NCBI GenBank assembly: GCA_002309715.1
Contig: DBXW01000005.1
Coordinates: forward strand, 321,613 to 385,612
Length of the DNA stretch: 64,000 nucleotides
DNA from: Candidatus Avelusimicrobium cornigerorum
Lineage (GTDB): Bacteria; Elusimicrobiota; Elusimicrobia; Elusimicrobiales; Elusimicrobiaceae
Direction: 5' to 3'
Within the stretch, counting starts at the first letter, position 1. Each line of letters starts with the position of its first letter. This document shows positions 37,529 to 46,104 of the stretch, piece after piece. The notes beneath the pieces were generated by a model. That model was not told the origin of the DNA. It ran no database searches and saw only the letters and a program-made list of their open reading frames with translations. Position numbers and translations under genes: made by a program.

Positions 37529-40054
37529 ATGAGTATTCAAACGAATATATATAACTATTTTGACAGGAATCCCGAATTAAAGGTTCTTTTTGTATTTGAC
37601 CCTATGATCTGTGCTGAATTGACAGAGGCCGAATGGCAAAATGGCTATAAAGCTATTTTTTTTGACGGCGCGTGGTTTAGGACCAAATATGCATTGGAAC
37701 ATGATTGGAAGGATCTAAAAGTAATATTATTGTTTGATTTTATTCGTCCCAGCAATTTGAGTAAGTTCCCGCTTGCCGGTGAGTTGGCTGCTAATATGGA
37801 GTATAAAGCGGAGGATTACGAGGCTTTCCTGCAACAATATAGACTAAGTGCCGAAAAATTCGGTTCCTATGTCCGGCGACATATTGGCGAACTACAATTA
37901 TCCAAAATAGACAAAATTTTGCACGATTATTATACTTCAGATGCCTTTAGCATAGATGTGGCTAATAGAGGGTTTATTTGCGCCTATATGGGGGAGAGCA
38001 AGTTGCTTGAATGGAATGAGATTATTATCCGTCTTATGATGCTTGCCCTACCGGAAGATAAAAGGAAAGAAACCAGTTTTTATGTGGCTTTGTGTAAAAA
38101 CCAGGATGCCAAAGATGCCCTACAAGAACAACTAAAGAGAATTTTTAATCTTTCGTATGAGGAAAATTCCCTTTCTAAAATGAAGAAAATAGTGGAGTGC
38201 TTTAAGTATAATCTGATAACCTCCAATTTGGTGGCTGTTGCCTCTGACAACTACAAAGATTATAAGATTACTAATTCCGTACAATTGGAATCTATGCAAA
38301 AGTTGCTTTCGACCGGGTTAAATCAACTGCCGGCCAAACGAGGAAGATTTTTGCAGGTTTTGGATGTTGTGGGTGCAGATATACATGTGGAAGAGATTGT
38401 TCGTGCCTATGGAATAGAAGCAGATTTCTTTTATGTGCCCGATTCTCTTTGTATTCAAATTGTTCAAAAGGCACTGGAAGATATTTCTGTGACGGATTCT
38501 ATGCTTTTACAAGACAAAATGCGAAACTTGCTACTACAACAGCAAGAATCATCGCTTGTGCCGGCTATAGAATATGTGATTAGACTGATAAAATATTATG
38601 ATAAACGCAAACAGATAACATCTTTTGTGAAATCCACCCCACAGGAGTACATTAAACTTTATCAAGAAGAATATTATTTGTTAGATATGTACTACCGGCA
38701 GAGTTTGGAATATTATTTTCAAATAAATGTAGAAAATGAGTCTTTTAATGAAAGTTTATCTTCCGCTAAAAGAGATTTAGATGCAGATTATGCCTATTAT
38801 TGTCAGGAATTAAACAGAGAGTGGCTAAGATGTTGGAGTGAGAAAGGGAACACTTATAAATCATTGGGAATAGTACCTAAACAACAGGATATTTATACCC
38901 AAGAACGCAATCCGGGGGTAAAACAAGTTTTTATTATAAGTGATGCATTCCGTTATGAACTAGCGGTAGAGTTGTTAAATCGTGAGCTATCCCAAGAAAA
39001 AAATATAGCAGAATTACATTATGCCGTTGCAATGTTGCCCACTGAAACGAAATATACTAAGCCGGCACTTTTGCCTCATCAAACCCTTGAACTACAGGGG
39101 GCAGATATGGTGGTAGATGGGCAAGTTCTCAATACAGTAACCAAACGGATGCAGCATCTAAACAAATATGTTAACGGGGCTGTATGTGTTGATTACAACG
39201 ACTGGGATCAAAAAACCAGAGAAGAAAAGCGAGAAATTTGTAAGAATCCTCTTGTATATATTTTTCACAATACTCTCGATAAGGGTGGTCATGATGCCAC
39301 TGCTAGAGAATTAACGAGGACTTGCCAAGAAGCTATTGCGCAACTTAGAGACCTGATTACAAAATTACATTCCACTATGCATGTGACGGATGTGGTATTA
39401 ACCGCCGACCATGGCTTTCTTTATAATGATATCGTGTTTGCCGACAAAGACAAACAAATTGTAACTGAAAATGTATTGGAACAGAAAACCCGTTATTATT
39501 TGACAACGTCTAATGTTCCTATTATGAATGTAGTAAAATTCCCATTAAACGAAGTATCAGCCATGAAAGGGGATTGTTATGTAGCGGTTCCTTTTGGAAC
39601 TAATCGTTTTAATGCTCCCGGTGGTGGGTATGATTTTGCTCATGGAGGGGTTTCGTTGCAAGAGATGATTATCCCGGTTCTTCACAGCAAGCATAAACGA
39701 GTAGAGACCAAAGAAAAAGTAGGAGTGACATTGATTTCTACGGATTTGAAGATGGTTTCTAGTAGTTTGAAATTTCAAATTATTCAAAGTGATGTGGTAT
39801 CTATGGAAAAAACACCACGTCATATTGTATGTGCTGTTTATGTTAATGACAAACCTGTCACAACATTAAAAAAACTATTCCTAAATAGTACGGATTCAAC
39901 GCCTGCTAGTCGTATTTTGGAAGTGGAGCTTGTTCTCAATACATCTGTTAATACTAGTATCATGGAGCTGCGTATTTATGATGAAAATGATATGCTTAAT
40001 CCTCTGATCAAACAGAATGTAAAGAATAACACTTTGATAGAGAGAGATTTTTAG
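37529..40054 (+). CDS. pglZ: BREX PglZ (BrxZ) alkaline-phosphatase-fold protein
   Basis: IISDAFRYE, LPTET, TADHGF, FAHGG. Confidence 0.93.
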   Translation: MSIQTNIYNYFDRNPELKVLFVFDPMICAELTEAEWQNGYKAIFFDGAWFRTKYALEHDWKDLKVILLFDFIRPSNLSKFPLAGELAANMEYKAEDYEAFLQQYRLSAEKFGSYVRRHIGELQLSKIDKILHDYYTSDAFSIDVANRGFICAYMGESKLLEWNEIIIRLMMLALPEDKRKETSFYVALCKNQDAKDALQEQLKRIFNLSYEENSLSKMKKIVECFKYNLITSNLVAVASDNYKDYKITNSVQLESMQKLLSTGLNQLPAKRGRFLQVLDVVGADIHVEEIVRAYGIEADFFYVPDSLCIQIVQKALEDISVTDSMLLQDKMRNLLLQQQESSLVPAIEYVIRLIKYYDKRKQITSFVKSTPQEYIKLYQEEYYLLDMYYRQSLEYYFQINVENESFNESLSSAKRDLDADYAYYCQELNREWLRCWSEKGNTYKSLGIVPKQQDIYTQERNPGVKQVFIISDAFRYELAVELLNRELSQEKNIAELHYAVAMLPTETKYTKPALLPHQTLELQGADMVVDGQVLNTVTKRMQHLNKYVNGAVCVDYNDWDQKTREEKREICKNPLVYIFHNTLDKGGHDATARELTRTCQEAIAQLRDLITKLHSTMHVTDVVLTADHGFLYNDIVFADKDKQIVTENVLEQKTRYYLTTSNVPIMNVVKFPLNEVSAMKGDCYVAVPFGTNRFNAPGGGYDFAHGGVSLQEMIIPVLHSKHKRVETKEKVGVTLISTDLKMVSSSLKFQIIQSDVVSMEKTPRHIVCAVYVNDKPVTTLKKLFLNSTDSTPASRILEVELVLNTSVNTSIMELRIYDENDMLNPLIKQNVKNNTLIERDF

Positions 40055-40062
40055 GAGATTAT

Positions 40063-42117
40063 ATGCCATTACAAGAAAAAATAATGAAGTGTTTTGATGG
40101 AAAAGTGGTTCGCAAAGATTTGGCTTTTTTAATAAAAGGTGGACTGCCTGTCCCTACGTTTGTATTGGAGTATTTATTAAGTCAGTACTGCGCCAGTGAC
40201 GATGAACAGGTTATTAAAGAGGGAGTGGAACAGGTAAAACAGATAATACAGGAAAATTATGTCCATAGAGCCGATGCTGAGGCGGTCAAAGGTAAGATCC
40301 ATGATTGTGGTAAATATAAAATTATTGATAAAGTAAATGTTTTTTTAAATGAAAAATCAGACGAATATCAAGCATCTTTTGCTAACTTAGGCTTATCAGG
40401 AGTCCCAATAGGGGCAAAATACGTGCAAGAAAATCCAAAATTACTTTCTGGAAATGGAGTATGGTGTATTGTTTCATTAGGATACATAAGTGGGGAAGAT
40501 GTACGTGTTCGTTGGGATATTCAGACATTAAAGCCAATTCAAATTTCTAATATCGATTTGGAATATTATATTGCTCAAAGAAAGAATTTTACTACCGAAG
40601 AATGGATTGATTTTCTAATCCATACAATGGGATTAAATCCAGAAGAATTAAATAGAAGGGAAAAGTTTATTACGTTAGCTCGTCTTTTACCTTTTGTAGA
40701 AAATAACTTTAATTTTGTAGAACTTGGGCCTAAGGGAACCGGAAAATCTCATGTTTTCCAAGATTTGTCACCGAATGGGGTGCTAGTTAGTGGTGGAGAT
40801 GTGACGAGTGCTCGATTGTTCGTTAAAATGAGCGGTAATCGCGAAATCCTTGGGTTAGTTGGGTATTGGGATCTTGTGGCTTGGGACGAATTTGAACAAC
40901 AAAAAGGGCGTTCCATAGATGCGGTTCTTATAGATACAATGCAAAACTATCTTGCCAATAAGGCATTTAACAGAGGAAAGTCGACGCATGAAGCGAGTGC
41001 TTCAATGGTTTTTGTCGGTAATACGAAGCATACTGTTCCTTACATGTTAAAAAATACTCATTTGTTTGAATCTATTCCCGTTGCATTTATTAAAGGAGCT
41101 TTCTTAGATCGTATTCATTTGTATAATCCCGGTTGGGAAATAAGAATGCTGAAAAAAGGAAGTTTTTCTCATGGGTATGGTCTAATTACAGATTATATTG
41201 CTGCAGTACTTCATGAATTTAGAAATCAAGATTTAACCAATTGGCTCCAAAAATATGCTAAATTTGACTCGTCGCTATCGGAAAGAGATCATTTAGCAAT
41301 CCGTAAAACATTTTCTGGAATGATAAAATTATTGTATCCCGATGGTAATATTACTGATGAAGAGGCCTATGAATTGGTAGATTTTGCCGCGGAAGGACGT
41401 AAGCGTGTAAAAGAGCAACTTTATATTATAGATGGGACATTTAAATTGGAACCGGCAGTATTCCAATATATTAATTTGAAAAGCGGAGAGAAAACAGAAA
41501 TAGAAACATTAGAATGTGTTAATTTTGAGCATTCTACCCCGTTGGTATTGCCTTCGAATCAAAAGTCCGAAATAGGACAAAAAGAGCAAGAATCTAAAGT
41601 TCCTAATGCGGAAAAGAAAAAAATAGTATTGCAAGAAAAACGATTACCTGTGCGTATGGGGCAAACAGGCATTTCGTACGAGACACTATTTGCTGATTAT
41701 TTAAAAGGAGCCAACAAAATCGTTATAGAAGACCCCTATATTCGAACATTTTGGCAGATAAAAAATTTAGTAGAATTTTTCTCTATGCTTGAAAAGACAC
41801 GCCCGGTCGAGGGGCTTGACGTCCATTTAATTACCACGAAAGATGAGACTGAAGAGAAGATAAATAGATTGCTGGAGGATTTGGAAGCAATAAAATCAGA
41901 TGTGAGTAATGTAGGTATAAATTTTACTTATGAATTCAATGAATTCCACGATAGATGTATTAAAACAGATACTGGATGGATTATTTCATTAGGAAGAGGA
42001 TTAGATATTTTCGAGCCCTGTGATAAATTCTCTTTAAGTGCTTTGGATCAAAAACGTCGTAAATGTAAGGATTTTAGTGTCATTTACTCTCAAGGAGACC
42101 CTGACAAATTGCCCTAA
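40063..42117 (+). CDS. brxL: BrxL with a C-terminal PLD/HKD-like (MIT_C-type) domain instead of Lon protease
   Basis: VVRKDL, ELGPKGTGKS; C-terminal EDPYIR..FHDR..TDTGW..GRGLD. Confidence 0.9.
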   Translation: MPLQEKIMKCFDGKVVRKDLAFLIKGGLPVPTFVLEYLLSQYCASDDEQVIKEGVEQVKQIIQENYVHRADAEAVKGKIHDCGKYKIIDKVNVFLNEKSDEYQASFANLGLSGVPIGAKYVQENPKLLSGNGVWCIVSLGYISGEDVRVRWDIQTLKPIQISNIDLEYYIAQRKNFTTEEWIDFLIHTMGLNPEELNRREKFITLARLLPFVENNFNFVELGPKGTGKSHVFQDLSPNGVLVSGGDVTSARLFVKMSGNREILGLVGYWDLVAWDEFEQQKGRSIDAVLIDTMQNYLANKAFNRGKSTHEASASMVFVGNTKHTVPYMLKNTHLFESIPVAFIKGAFLDRIHLYNPGWEIRMLKKGSFSHGYGLITDYIAAVLHEFRNQDLTNWLQKYAKFDSSLSERDHLAIRKTFSGMIKLLYPDGNITDEEAYELVDFAAEGRKRVKEQLYIIDGTFKLEPAVFQYINLKSGEKTEIETLECVNFEHSTPLVLPSNQKSEIGQKEQESKVPNAEKKKIVLQEKRLPVRMGQTGISYETLFADYLKGANKIVIEDPYIRTFWQIKNLVEFFSMLEKTRPVEGLDVHLITTKDETEEKINRLLEDLEAIKSDVSNVGINFTYEFNEFHDRCIKTDTGWIISLGRGLDIFEPCDKFSLSALDQKRRKCKDFSVIYSQGDPDKLP

Positions 42118-42120
42118 CTT

Positions 42121-42295
42121 TGGATCTTGCGAAATTCGCAGTTAGAGAAAAAGGCCCATTTCGGGCCTTTTTGACGCGTATCTAAAAGCACTCTATGACC
42201 TAAACGGATAAAAATCACGTAATTTTCCCGACGAGCGTGGGAGAAATAGGCCAACAAAAAAGGCATCTCTTACAAGATGCCTTTTCAAATGGTGG
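42121..42295. repeat. 175-bp island-end element, copy B
   Basis: Direct repeat of 20579-20753. Confidence 0.85.
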
Positions 42296-42324
42296 TCCGC
42301 GCGAGACTTGAACCTGTGACCTTC
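42290..42324 (-). repeat. tRNA 3'-end relic, direct repeat 1
   Basis: Minus strand reads GAAGGTCACAGGTTCAAGTCTCGCGCGGACCACCA; 26/28 identical to 43499-43526. Confidence 0.75.
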
Positions 42325-42504
42325 TGGATTTTTCTCTCGTGTAAGAGGTGTTGTGGGGGCAAATCCGCCCAATGTGGGCTTTATAGAGTGGGGTGGGTAT
42401 AGGTACCCGCAGAAAAAATCACAGAGACAAATGTTAAGAGTAATCCTTCAATTCCCCGAAGGAGGATAACTCCCATGTTAAGATTAAATGTTAAGCAACT
42501 TTTT

Positions 42505-42564
42505 CCGTTATCGGCAAAATATAATTATTTATTTATAAAATATAACTTGATTTATTGCCGATAA
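42505..42564. promoter_or_regulatory. Inverted TTATCGGCAA / TTGCCGATAA boxes upstream of HTH-Fic
   Basis: 42508-17 and 42555-64 are reverse complements. Confidence 0.55.
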
Positions 42565-42595
42565 TGAGTTATACTAGTAGTAACAGGAGGGGGTT

Positions 42596-43486
42596 ATGGA
42601 ATATATCTCGGCAGTACAAGCGGCTAAAAAGTGGAAAATTTCGGAGCGGAGCGTGCGTAATTATTGTGCGCATGGCCGTATTGCGGGGGCTTTTTTAACC
42701 GGCAAGACATGGAACATTCCAGCAGAGGCCTCTAAACCTATGCGTAAGCCCAAACAAAGCAAGCACGCTAATACCTTACTTAATATATTAAAAGCCGAGC
42801 AATCTTCCAAACAACATGGCGGTATTTATCATAAGATACAAATTGACCTTACTTATAATTCCAACCATATAGAAGGCAGTCAACTCACCCATGACCAAAC
42901 TCGCTATATTTTTGAAACAAACACGATTGGTGTGGAAGATAATACCGTAAAGGTAGATGATATCGTAGAAACCGCAAACCACTTTAAATGTATTGATATG
43001 ATTATTGATAACGCCAACTATAAACCCAGCGAACATTTCCTAAAAGAATTACATGGTGTGCTTAAAAACGGGACGTCGGATAGCCGCAAGGCCTGGTTTG
43101 CGGTGGGGGATTATAAACGCAAACCCAATGAGGTGGGGGGACATCACACCACGCGCCCGGAACACGTAGCGGCCAAAATGAAAGAACTGATTACAAAGTA
43201 TAACCGCAAAAACAAACACACCTTTGAAGAACTATTGGATTTTCATTACCAATTTGAAGCCATTCACCCATTTCAAGACGGGAATGGACGTATTGGGCGG
43301 CTGATACTGTTTAAGGAGTGTTTGCGTAATAATATCGTTCCGTTTATCATTACGGACAAGATAAAGATGTTCTATTATAAAGGACTTAATGAGTGGCCGA
43401 AAAATCACGAACGCTTAACTGATACTTGTTTATCAGCACAAGACCAAATGAAAGCGGTGCTAGATTATTTTAAGATTACCTATTAA
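42596..43486 (+). CDS. HTH-Fic protein
   Basis: N-terminal HTH; SNHIEG inhibitory motif; HPFQDGNGRIGR. Confidence 0.93.
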   Translation: MEYISAVQAAKKWKISERSVRNYCAHGRIAGAFLTGKTWNIPAEASKPMRKPKQSKHANTLLNILKAEQSSKQHGGIYHKIQIDLTYNSNHIEGSQLTHDQTRYIFETNTIGVEDNTVKVDDIVETANHFKCIDMIIDNANYKPSEHFLKELHGVLKNGTSDSRKAWFAVGDYKRKPNEVGGHHTTRPEHVAAKMKELITKYNRKNKHTFEELLDFHYQFEAIHPFQDGNGRIGRLILFKECLRNNIVPFIITDKIKMFYYKGLNEWPKNHERLTDTCLSAQDQMKAVLDYFKITY

Positions 43487-43494
43487 AACAGTTT

Positions 43495-43526
43495 GATACC
43501 GCGCAGGACTTGAACCTGTGACCTTC
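43495..43526 (-). repeat. tRNA 3'-end relic, direct repeat 2
   Basis: Minus strand GAAGGTCACAGGTTCAAGTCCTGCGCGGTATC. Confidence 0.7.
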
Positions 43527-43561
43527 CACGTATTAGTAAAGAAAAAAGCAAAGCCCAAAAG

Positions 43562-43732
43562 TGGATCTTGCGATTTTTGCCGTTAGAGAACTAGGGCCGA
43601 ATTATCCGTATTTTTTGCAAGGGATAAAGCACTCTATGACGGGGAAGGATAAGAAATCAGAACTTTTCTCGTCGGTAAAAGATAAACTTAAATACAAAAA
43701 AATCCCCGTCTCTACGACGGGGAAAATCAATT
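43562..43732. repeat. Diverged end element, copy C, abutting the tRNA-Val 3' end
   Basis: Shares TGGATCTTGCGA, GTTAGAGAA and AAAGCACTCTATGAC with copies A/B; terminator hairpin near 43703-43724. Confidence 0.7.
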
Positions 43733-43805
43733 TGGACCGGAAGGGACTCGAACCCCTGACCTCCTGCGTGTAAAGCAGGCGCTCTACCAACTAAGCTACC
43801 GATCC
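43733..43805 (-). tRNA. tRNA-Val(TAC), CCA not encoded
   Basis: GGATCGG acceptor, D-arm TAGCTTAGTTGGTAGAGC, CCTGC-TTTACAC-GCAGG anticodon arm, GTTCGAG T-loop. Confidence 0.96.
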
Positions 43806-43881
43806 GTAAAACTTTTAAAGCGATACTTTATTATATCAAATTCATTTCAACTTATACAACTTATCCTTTGTATCGCAACGA

Positions 43882-44406
43882 TTATTTCTCACACTTCCCT
43901 TCGCAACAAGCACATTCGCACGAAGTTTCCGCTTGGGGTGTTGTTCGGGCCCATTCGTCGGCTTCCGGCCCCCATTTGGCGCGCACGGCATCCGGCAATT
44001 TGTAGAGCAAACTTACGCACTTGGCTGATACTGTTCCGTCGGGCAAAATAATTTCGCCTTCTACTTGCGCGCGAGAACCGCCTCCTTTTATCAGCCGTCC
44101 CACGGCTCGCAAGGGCGTATTTGTCGGAGTGTTGTGTTTATAGACTACTTCCATTTTAAGCGTAACCATTAAATTGTTGAAATTGTTGTTAAGTAACACC
44201 GCGCGGCCGGAAGTCTCATCCAAAATCGTAGCGATAATACCCCCATGTACCGTGCCGGGATAAGAACAATAATTATCTCCCAACGTAAAAGTAGTTTCTA
44301 CTTGTTGCTTTTCATCGTCGTTAAACCATTCCAAGTGCAAGCCAAAGGGATTATTTTTGCCGCACGCAAAACAATTTAATGAAGTGGGTTGACGTAATTT
44401 TTTCAT
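43882..44406 (-). CDS. PaaI-family hotdog thioesterase
   Basis: CFACGKNNPFGL; VHGGIIATILDE. Confidence 0.9.
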   Translation of the reverse strand: MKKLRQPTSLNCFACGKNNPFGLHLEWFNDDEKQQVETTFTLGDNYCSYPGTVHGGIIATILDETSGRAVLLNNNFNNLMVTLKMEVVYKHNTPTNTPLRAVGRLIKGGGSRAQVEGEIILPDGTVSAKCVSLLYKLPDAVRAKWGPEADEWARTTPQAETSCECACCEGKCEK

Positions 44407-44449
44407 AACTCCTCCTACTTATATTATACTTTTTTGCTAAACTAAACTT

Positions 44450-45073
44450 ATGAGTATGGAAATAGAATTTAAGTGGGAAGCCAATATGCCGCGCGCTTTT
44501 TATAAGATGCAACGCGCTGTTTTGTTATCGGGAATATCTATATTATCGGGACAACCTATAAGGATAACCGACGTGTATTTAGACACACCTACCCGCGATT
44601 TTGAAAAACAAAAAATTGCATTTCGCGTGCGCAACACAAATCAAAAATGGGAAGCCACTTTTAAAACACGTACCCAAGTGATAAACGGCAAAGCAGTTCG
44701 GCGCGAAGAAACGCTTTTGCTGCCGGGCGTAAAAAATTTGCCGCAAGCATTGGATTTTTTGCGACGTAAAAAAACATGGAAAAATCTTTGCATAGAAAAT
44801 TTAAAACCACTTTTTGTTTTGAAAAACCGACGCCAAATCCAGGCAATTAGTTGGCATAAAATGCAGGCGGAACTTGCGTTTGATGCGTGTGAAATTTTAG
44901 TTTATGGCCGGCGGGTGCGTTTTAAGGAAATTGAAATGGAACTTAAAAAAGGTTCCGCTCAAACACTTGAAAAATTAGCCGAGCAACTTACTCAAATAAG
45001 CGGGCTTAAACGAGCAACGATTTCTAAAGTGAAAACAGCATTGGCTTTGCGCGTATTATGGGGGGGAAAATGA
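44450..45073 (+). CDS. CYTH domain protein
   Basis: EIEFKW, YLDT, FRVR, EIEMELK. Confidence 0.9.
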   Translation: MSMEIEFKWEANMPRAFYKMQRAVLLSGISILSGQPIRITDVYLDTPTRDFEKQKIAFRVRNTNQKWEATFKTRTQVINGKAVRREETLLLPGVKNLPQALDFLRRKKTWKNLCIENLKPLFVLKNRRQIQAISWHKMQAELAFDACEILVYGRRVRFKEIEMELKKGSAQTLEKLAEQLTQISGLKRATISKVKTALALRVLWGGK

Positions 45074-45486
45074 CGCCCGTGCTTGCGCTTTTTTTTACGC
45101 TCATCGCCCCCGGAAGCGGACATGTGTTGACGGGGAATTATACGCAAGCCGTTGTAATAGGTGTATTGTTCGCGCTTGGGAAAAGTGCGTTCTTGCCGCT
45201 GGCCTTGCGCGCTTTTCGGGTGCAAACTTTAAAGCGCACATTGCAATTTTTTTATGTGTGCAATTGGTGCTATATAGTGCTTATTTTTTATGCGTTAATC
45301 AGCGCGTTTTTTTGCGCACTTAAAACACAAAAATTATTTTTATGGCAAGCAATTTTAGTTGCGCTTATGCTGATTTTGATGCAAAAGAATACGCAAAATA
45401 AAAATATTTTTTCCGCGCTGTGCGGACGCGCAGGTGTATGGGAAATTATGCAGGGGATGTATAATTCCCCGACGGAGAAAAAATAA
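45070..45486 (+). CDS. Hypothetical membrane protein
   Basis: Several hydrophobic segments; overlaps the CYTH stop. Confidence 0.65.
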   Translation: MTPVLALFFTLIAPGSGHVLTGNYTQAVVIGVLFALGKSAFLPLALRAFRVQTLKRTLQFFYVCNWCYIVLIFYALISAFFCALKTQKLFLWQAILVALMLILMQKNTQNKNIFSALCGRAGVWEIMQGMYNSPTEKK

Positions 45487-45625
45487 ATCAATGGGTTTGT
45501 GACGAAAAAAAACAGACTTGATTTTTTGTTAAAAAATATTTTAAGACGGAAAAAAAGTTGCATTTTTAAAAAATTTGTGCTATTATTTTCTTGAGGTTAA
45601 AACTAGTTGTCTTAGGAGAATAAAC

Positions 45626-45853
45626 ATGGCCGTTAAAAAAACCGTGAAAAAAGTAACGAAAAAAGTAGCCGCTAAAAAACCGGCTAAAAAAGCCTGTGCT
45701 AAGAAAACTTGCAAAAAGGCTTGTGCGAAAAAAGTAACCGTGAAAAAAGCCGCTGTTAAAAAAACAGCCAAAAAAGTAACCAAAAAACCGGCGAAAAAAG
45801 TAACCAAAAAAGTTGCTAAAAAACCGGCGAAAAAAGTAGCAAAAAAGAAATAA
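45626..45853 (+). CDS. Histone H1-like Lys/Ala-rich protein
   Basis: Repeats of KKVT/KKPA/KKAC; GGAG RBS; followed by a terminator. Confidence 0.85.
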   Translation: MAVKKTVKKVTKKVAAKKPAKKACAKKTCKKACAKKVTVKKAAVKKTAKKVTKKPAKKVTKKVAKKPAKKVAKKK

Positions 45854-45865
45854 TTTAGTACCAAC

Positions 45866-45904
45866 AAAACACCGCCCGGCTTAATCGGCCGGGCGGTGTT
45901 TTTT
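45866..45904 (+). terminator. Intrinsic terminator
   Basis: AAAACACCGCCCGGC / GCCGGGCGGTGTTTT. Confidence 0.9.
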
Positions 45905-45960
45905 GTGTTCGCATTTTCCTTTTTAATAATTATCCCGCCGACATTTTACAGAAAAATAGG

Positions 45961-46071
45961 CCAAAAGACCTAAACAACAATAGGTCTTTTGGTTATTTTA
46001 GACAAGGGCTAAAGACCTAACTCAAATTAGGTCTTTTGGCCGTTGCGGCCCAATTTCATTATGTTTACAAT
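45961..46071 (+). promoter_or_regulatory. Two AAAGACCTA-N8-TAGGTCTTT palindromes and a sigma70 promoter
   Basis: Palindromes at 45961-92 and 46011-36; TTGCGG (46043), 17 bp, TACAAT (46066). Confidence 0.7.
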
Positions 46072-46104
46072 GGGGGTATAAGGGAGTTTTTTAGGAGCGA
46101 TGAT

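Larger units (their letters stand above)
20754..42295. mobile_element. Integrative island with DUF2924 genes, a large serine recombinase and defence cargo
   Basis: Bounded by 175-bp direct repeats; recombinase, repressor, BREX. Exact ends uncertain. Confidence 0.7.

Noticed and set aside
42290-42330. tRNA gene calls at 42290 and 43495
   Set aside because: Only T-arm and acceptor 3' fragments; no D-arm or complete anticodon arm.
43561-43790. 70-aa and 62-aa ORFs
   Set aside because: They overlap the tRNA-Val gene and end element C.
45583-45867. 94-aa Phe-rich minus-strand ORF
   Set aside because: Mirror of the Lys-rich histone-like gene.
46036-46104. N-terminal extension of the giant ORF from TTG 46036
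   Set aside because: It overlaps the predicted promoter; ATG 46105 has a GGAG RBS and a signal-like N-terminus.
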